In this document: positions 60,565-64,000 of the stretch, piece after piece
How positions within the stretch are numbered: the first letter of the stretch is position 1
Layout: each line of letters opens with the position of its first letter
Source of the DNA: Nostoc sp. DedSLP01
GTDB taxonomy: Bacteria; Cyanobacteriota; Cyanobacteriia; Cyanobacteriales; Nostocaceae
Length of the DNA stretch: 64,000 bases
Reading direction: 5' to 3'
Assembly (NCBI GenBank): GCA_034530875.2
Contig: JAVRCJ020000022.1
Location: 67,048-131,047, forward strand
Notes under the pieces: model-generated
What the model was told of the DNA's origin: nothing
Seen by the model: the letters and a program-made list of their open reading frames with translations, nothing else
The model's database searches: none
Translations under genes and position numbers: made by a program

Positions 60565-61092
60565 ATGGGAGATATGCTCATTAGCGCCAACGATTGGCCG
60601 CACATAGCATTCAGACTAGCTCTAGCCCTTGTGGTTGGTTGCACGATCGGATTCAATCGTCAGCAAGGGGGTAGACCAGCAGGAATGAGAACATTTATGT
60701 TGGTGAGTATGGGAGCTGCATTATTTGTGATGATTCCTTTGCAAGCTGAGGGTGATAGTCCCTATGCAGCCACCAACGCCTTGAGTCGGACAATTCAGGG
60801 TGTAGCTACCGGAGTAGGATTTTTAGGAGCTGGATTGATTCTACAGGAATCTCCCAGAAAATCTGCAAAGCCAAAAGTGCGAGGCTTAACCACAGCCGCC
60901 TGTGTCTGGACTGCGGCCGGATTAGGAGCAGCAATAGGTTGTGGTTTGTGGCAAATGGGTTTAATAGGAGGGCTGCTGACTCTAATTATTTTGAGTGGTG
61001 TAAAACGCCTCAATCACTTATTTGAAGTTATTACGGGTCAGGGTAAACAGGGTAATTCTGAAGATTCTGCGATCGCTGATGATGATGATTGA
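60565..61092 (+). CDS. MgtC/SapB family membrane protein
   Basis: PAGMRTF, GVGFLGAGLI, GLTTAA.W..AGLG. Confidence 0.92.
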   Translation: MGDMLISANDWPHIAFRLALALVVGCTIGFNRQQGGRPAGMRTFMLVSMGAALFVMIPLQAEGDSPYAATNALSRTIQGVATGVGFLGAGLILQESPRKSAKPKVRGLTTAACVWTAAGLGAAIGCGLWQMGLIGGLLTLIILSGVKRLNHLFEVITGQGKQGNSEDSAIADDDD

Positions 61093-61324
61093 AGCTCAGA
61101 AGTTTTTCCGCTTGCTTTTCGATATATTTTTCTAATACTGTTTCTTTGTGAAGCTGCGCCAAATCGTACTTTTTTTCAACGCAAAGGTACGCGGAGGTTA
61201 GCGCAGAGGTACGCAGAGGTTTTATAAAGATAATTAGATATCTCCGAAATAATTAGATGCATTTTCATAGAGAATTGCTATAAATCGGTAGCTTTATGCT
61301 TAATTTGCTTATCAATAATTTTAG

Positions 61325-61350
61325 TACGCTAAGTTAATAGGTTTAGCATA
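61325..61350. promoter_or_regulatory. Putative sulfur-regulon operator box (distal)
   Basis: TACGCTAA-gttaataggt-TTAGCATA. Confidence 0.6.
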
Positions 61351-61427
61351 TTTTACTGAGAAATACTATCAGAATTGCCATAGTACTTGTTTTTCTCAGT
61401 CAATTGTGAAATGATGCTTTTGTTAAG

Positions 61428-61453
61428 TACGGTAATTTGATGTATTTACCGTA
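61428..61453. promoter_or_regulatory. Perfect sulfur-regulon operator box
   Basis: TACGGTAA-tttgatgtat-TTACCGTA-GTATT. Confidence 0.8.
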
Positions 61454-61511
61454 GTATTTGTATAGATATCAAGAACTCTACCCTCAACGAGATTGTAGGC
61501 TAAATCCTCAA

Positions 61512-62267
61512 ATGACAAGCACAGAAATTCGCACAAGTCAAGTTAAAGTTCCAAACGGTGATTTGCAAATTGATGCTTATCTAGCTGAACCTGCAAAAGA
61601 GGGAACTTTCCCAGCCGTAATTGTGATTCAGGAAATCTTTGGAGTCAATATTCATATTCGGGAAGTTGCCCAGAAGTTTGCTAAGGAGGGATATGTAGCG
61701 ATCGCTCCTACACTTTATCAACGAACTGCTCCCGGTTTCGAGGCTCAATATACCCCAGAAGATATCCAGCGCGGTAGAGGCTATAAAGAACAAACTACAG
61801 CAGAGGAAATATTGAGCGATATTCAAGCCGCAATCGCTTATTTGAAAACTCTACCAAACGTCCAAAAAGATGCCATTGGCTCTATTGGCTTTTGTTTTGG
61901 AGGCCATGTTGTGTATCTAGCAGCGACTCTACCAGATATCAAAGTCACAGCATCGTTCTACGGTGGTGGAATTCCCAACTCTATACCCGGTGGTGGCGAA
62001 CCCACTATCACCCGTACTTCCGAAATTAAAGGCCCCATTTACGCCTTCTTTGGTAACGAAGATAAAGGAATTCCTTTAGAACATACACAACAGATTGAAG
62101 CAGAGTTAAAAAAACATCAAATTCCTCATCAAATCTTTCGTTATGAGGGTGCAGGGCATGGCTTTTTCTGCAACCATCGCGCTAGCTACAATCCCGAAGC
62201 TGCCGCCGATGCTTGGGAAAAGGTTGTAGAACTATTCCAAAAATCCCTGCAACTGCAAACAGTGTGA
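61512..62267 (+). CDS. Dienelactone hydrolase family protein
   Basis: QEIFGVN, GFCFGG, GAGHGFF; likely start MTSTEIR. Confidence 0.92.
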   Translation: MTSTEIRTSQVKVPNGDLQIDAYLAEPAKEGTFPAVIVIQEIFGVNIHIREVAQKFAKEGYVAIAPTLYQRTAPGFEAQYTPEDIQRGRGYKEQTTAEEILSDIQAAIAYLKTLPNVQKDAIGSIGFCFGGHVVYLAATLPDIKVTASFYGGGIPNSIPGGGEPTITRTSEIKGPIYAFFGNEDKGIPLEHTQQIEAELKKHQIPHQIFRYEGAGHGFFCNHRASYNPEAAADAWEKVVELFQKSLQLQTV

Positions 62268-62716
62268 AAAAAGCAGTTGCGATCAAACGTTTCTAGCTAC
62301 AATTTTGTAGCTTTTCTTTCCGTGCCTCTGTGTCTGTGTGGATAAATGATTTTTGACCGCAAAAGCACAGAGGAACAAACTTGTGCGAGCATTTCTTACA
62401 CAACTGAACATCAAAAAATTAGAAAAATTGTATTTATGAATACAAATAAAAACTTAAGTTTTTAGTTACTAATTTCTGCAAAATTTGATGTATAGCGCAA
62501 TTTTGGAATGCAGTCTCAGCAGGAGCTAAAAATAGCCCTATATTAGTCAATTTTTCATGATTTCATGTTTTTTGTTGCCGAAGTGCGGAAATACAATTAT
62601 TGACAGGTTTGCAAGTTTTTGTTATTAGTTACAACCGTGTTTCAATAGTTTTAACTTTTATTAAGTTAGTCCTTGATTTTCTCAAAAAAGTGTGCAAAGC
62701 TTTTTTTATGTGAAAC

Positions 62717-62742
62717 TACTGTAACTTGACCAATAAACAGTA
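62717..62742. promoter_or_regulatory. Putative sulfur-regulon operator box
   Basis: AAAC-TACTGTAA-cttgaccaat-AAACAGTA. Confidence 0.7.
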
Positions 62743-63253
62743 TTAATTTGTAAAGTGCAATTACCTTCGATGGGGCGAAGACGATTGCACGCACTTAAGT
62801 TTTCATTGCTGCTAAAGCTTGTGCTGTTTTGAGCAGAGCTTGAGGTTGCAATGTATTAGTGGGGATGGATACCTACTTTATGGCAGTAAAGGCGGGTGTG
62901 AGAACGTCAAAGATAGAATTTTCTAAGCTTAGGCGATCGCACTTGCTTTTTTACTTATCAACAAAACTTCAGATGTTGGATGTACAATGCAAAAATTGCG
63001 TGTAGCAATCTTTAGTAATTGCTTATAAGTTAATTTTTTGTATTTGCAAATAATTACTAATTCATAATTCCAAGAAAGGCACAAGCTCGCTGGTTTACCA
63101 ATAGTGGGCTAATCAGTAATCGGACATAATTAAATGTAAAATCCAAAGGAGCAAAACCTTTTACTGTTGAGGGTATTACCTCCTGCCTCCTGCCTTCTAT
63201 TTAATTACGAATTATGTCGACCGACAAAGCGACTGTTAAGGGAGTTGTCAGCT

Positions 63254-63973
63254 TTGAAAATCATCCTCACAAAAGACTTAGCCACAGAACTTCAGCCTCA
63301 TCTACCTGATGACATAGTAGTTGTGACTGTAGACAGCGAAGGTAACTTAGATGGCGATGCTACAGATGCCGAGGTTTTCTTTAGCTGGTTTATACTCAAA
63401 CCGACAATCATACATCGCGTCATAGAGTCTGCGCCGCAATTGCGTTGGCATCATGCACCGAATGCGGGGGTAAATCACATCATTACACCCGAATATGTAA
63501 AACGCAATCTGATTTTGACTAACGGTGCGGGAGTTCATGCAATTCCCATTGCTGAATTTGCGATCGCTTATATGCTCTCTCATGCCAAGCAATTACCGAG
63601 ATTATACGAACAACAGACTCAACACCTTTGGCAAAGAGGTTTGGGAATCCAAGAATTGCTAGATAAAAACTTATTAATTATTGGTGCAGGTGGAATTGGA
63701 CAAGAAATCGCCTCCCGTGGTAAAGCTTTTGGGATGCAGATTGTTGGGAGTCGTCGTCACCCGCAACTGCTACCTAACTTTGATAAAGTAGTCGGTGCAA
63801 ATGAATGGAAACCACTTTTGGGTGAAGCTGATTTTGTTGTAATTGCCACACCTCTAACTTGGGATACTAAGGGGATGATTGATGCCGAAGTACTGCGTTT
63901 GATGCGTTCCAGTGCTTATTTAATTAACGTGAGTTCGACGGATAGGAAGGTGCAAAAAGCTTGCTATGTATGA
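63254..63973 (+). pseudogene. D-2-hydroxyacid dehydrogenase, truncated after LINV
   Basis: AGVNH, LTNGAG, IIGAGGIG, TPLT..T.GMI, then LINV followed by unrelated sequence instead of ARG; C-terminal catalytic Arg/Glu/His are missing. Confidence 0.75.
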
Positions 63974-64000
63974 ATTTGGTCAACAGTGAATCGTTCAGGC
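63926..64000. mobile_element. Probable end of an IS or MITE inserted into the dehydrogenase
   Basis: Homology breaks at TTAATT|AACGTGAGTTCGACGG; the partner end is outside the window. Confidence 0.5.

Noticed and set aside
61276..61301. Additional operator box TGCTATAA-atcggtagct-TTATGCTT
   Set aside because: Right half is too degenerate to count without a PWM score

Overview
Genomic DNA from a filamentous, Nostoc/Anabaena-like cyanobacterium, judged from abundant HIP1 GCGATCGC octamers, heptamer tandem repeats and psaC. After a short housekeeping block (Uma2 nuclease, glmS, psaC), about 60 kb forms a large organosulfur-scavenging (sulfur-starvation) region. It encodes five SsuA-like binding lipoproteins (one with an in-frame stop), one SsuC/SsuB pair, an SLH/OprB porin, a TauD/AtsK dioxygenase, SfnB/DszC-like and NtaA/DszA-like flavin monooxygenases, an arylsulfotransferase-like protein, two AprA/FrdA-like flavoproteins, a ferredoxin/HEAT/Mrp module, an Oat2-like ArgJ, two paralogous orphan amidohydrolases, three GSTs and many accessory enzymes. 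By eye I find about 14 copies of one palindromic operator (core TACGGTAA-N10-TTACCGTA) ahead of nearly every transcription unit, often just downstream of a -10 element. No cognate regulator is encoded in the window. Many of these proteins are almost free of Cys/Met, while one embedded small protein is about 26% Cys+Met. The window also holds a TA pair with a nonsense-inactivated toxin, several MITEs with target-site duplications, nested 24-28 nt repeats, and a dehydrogenase cut by an insertion at the right edge. All calls come from motif recognition by eye; no database search was run.
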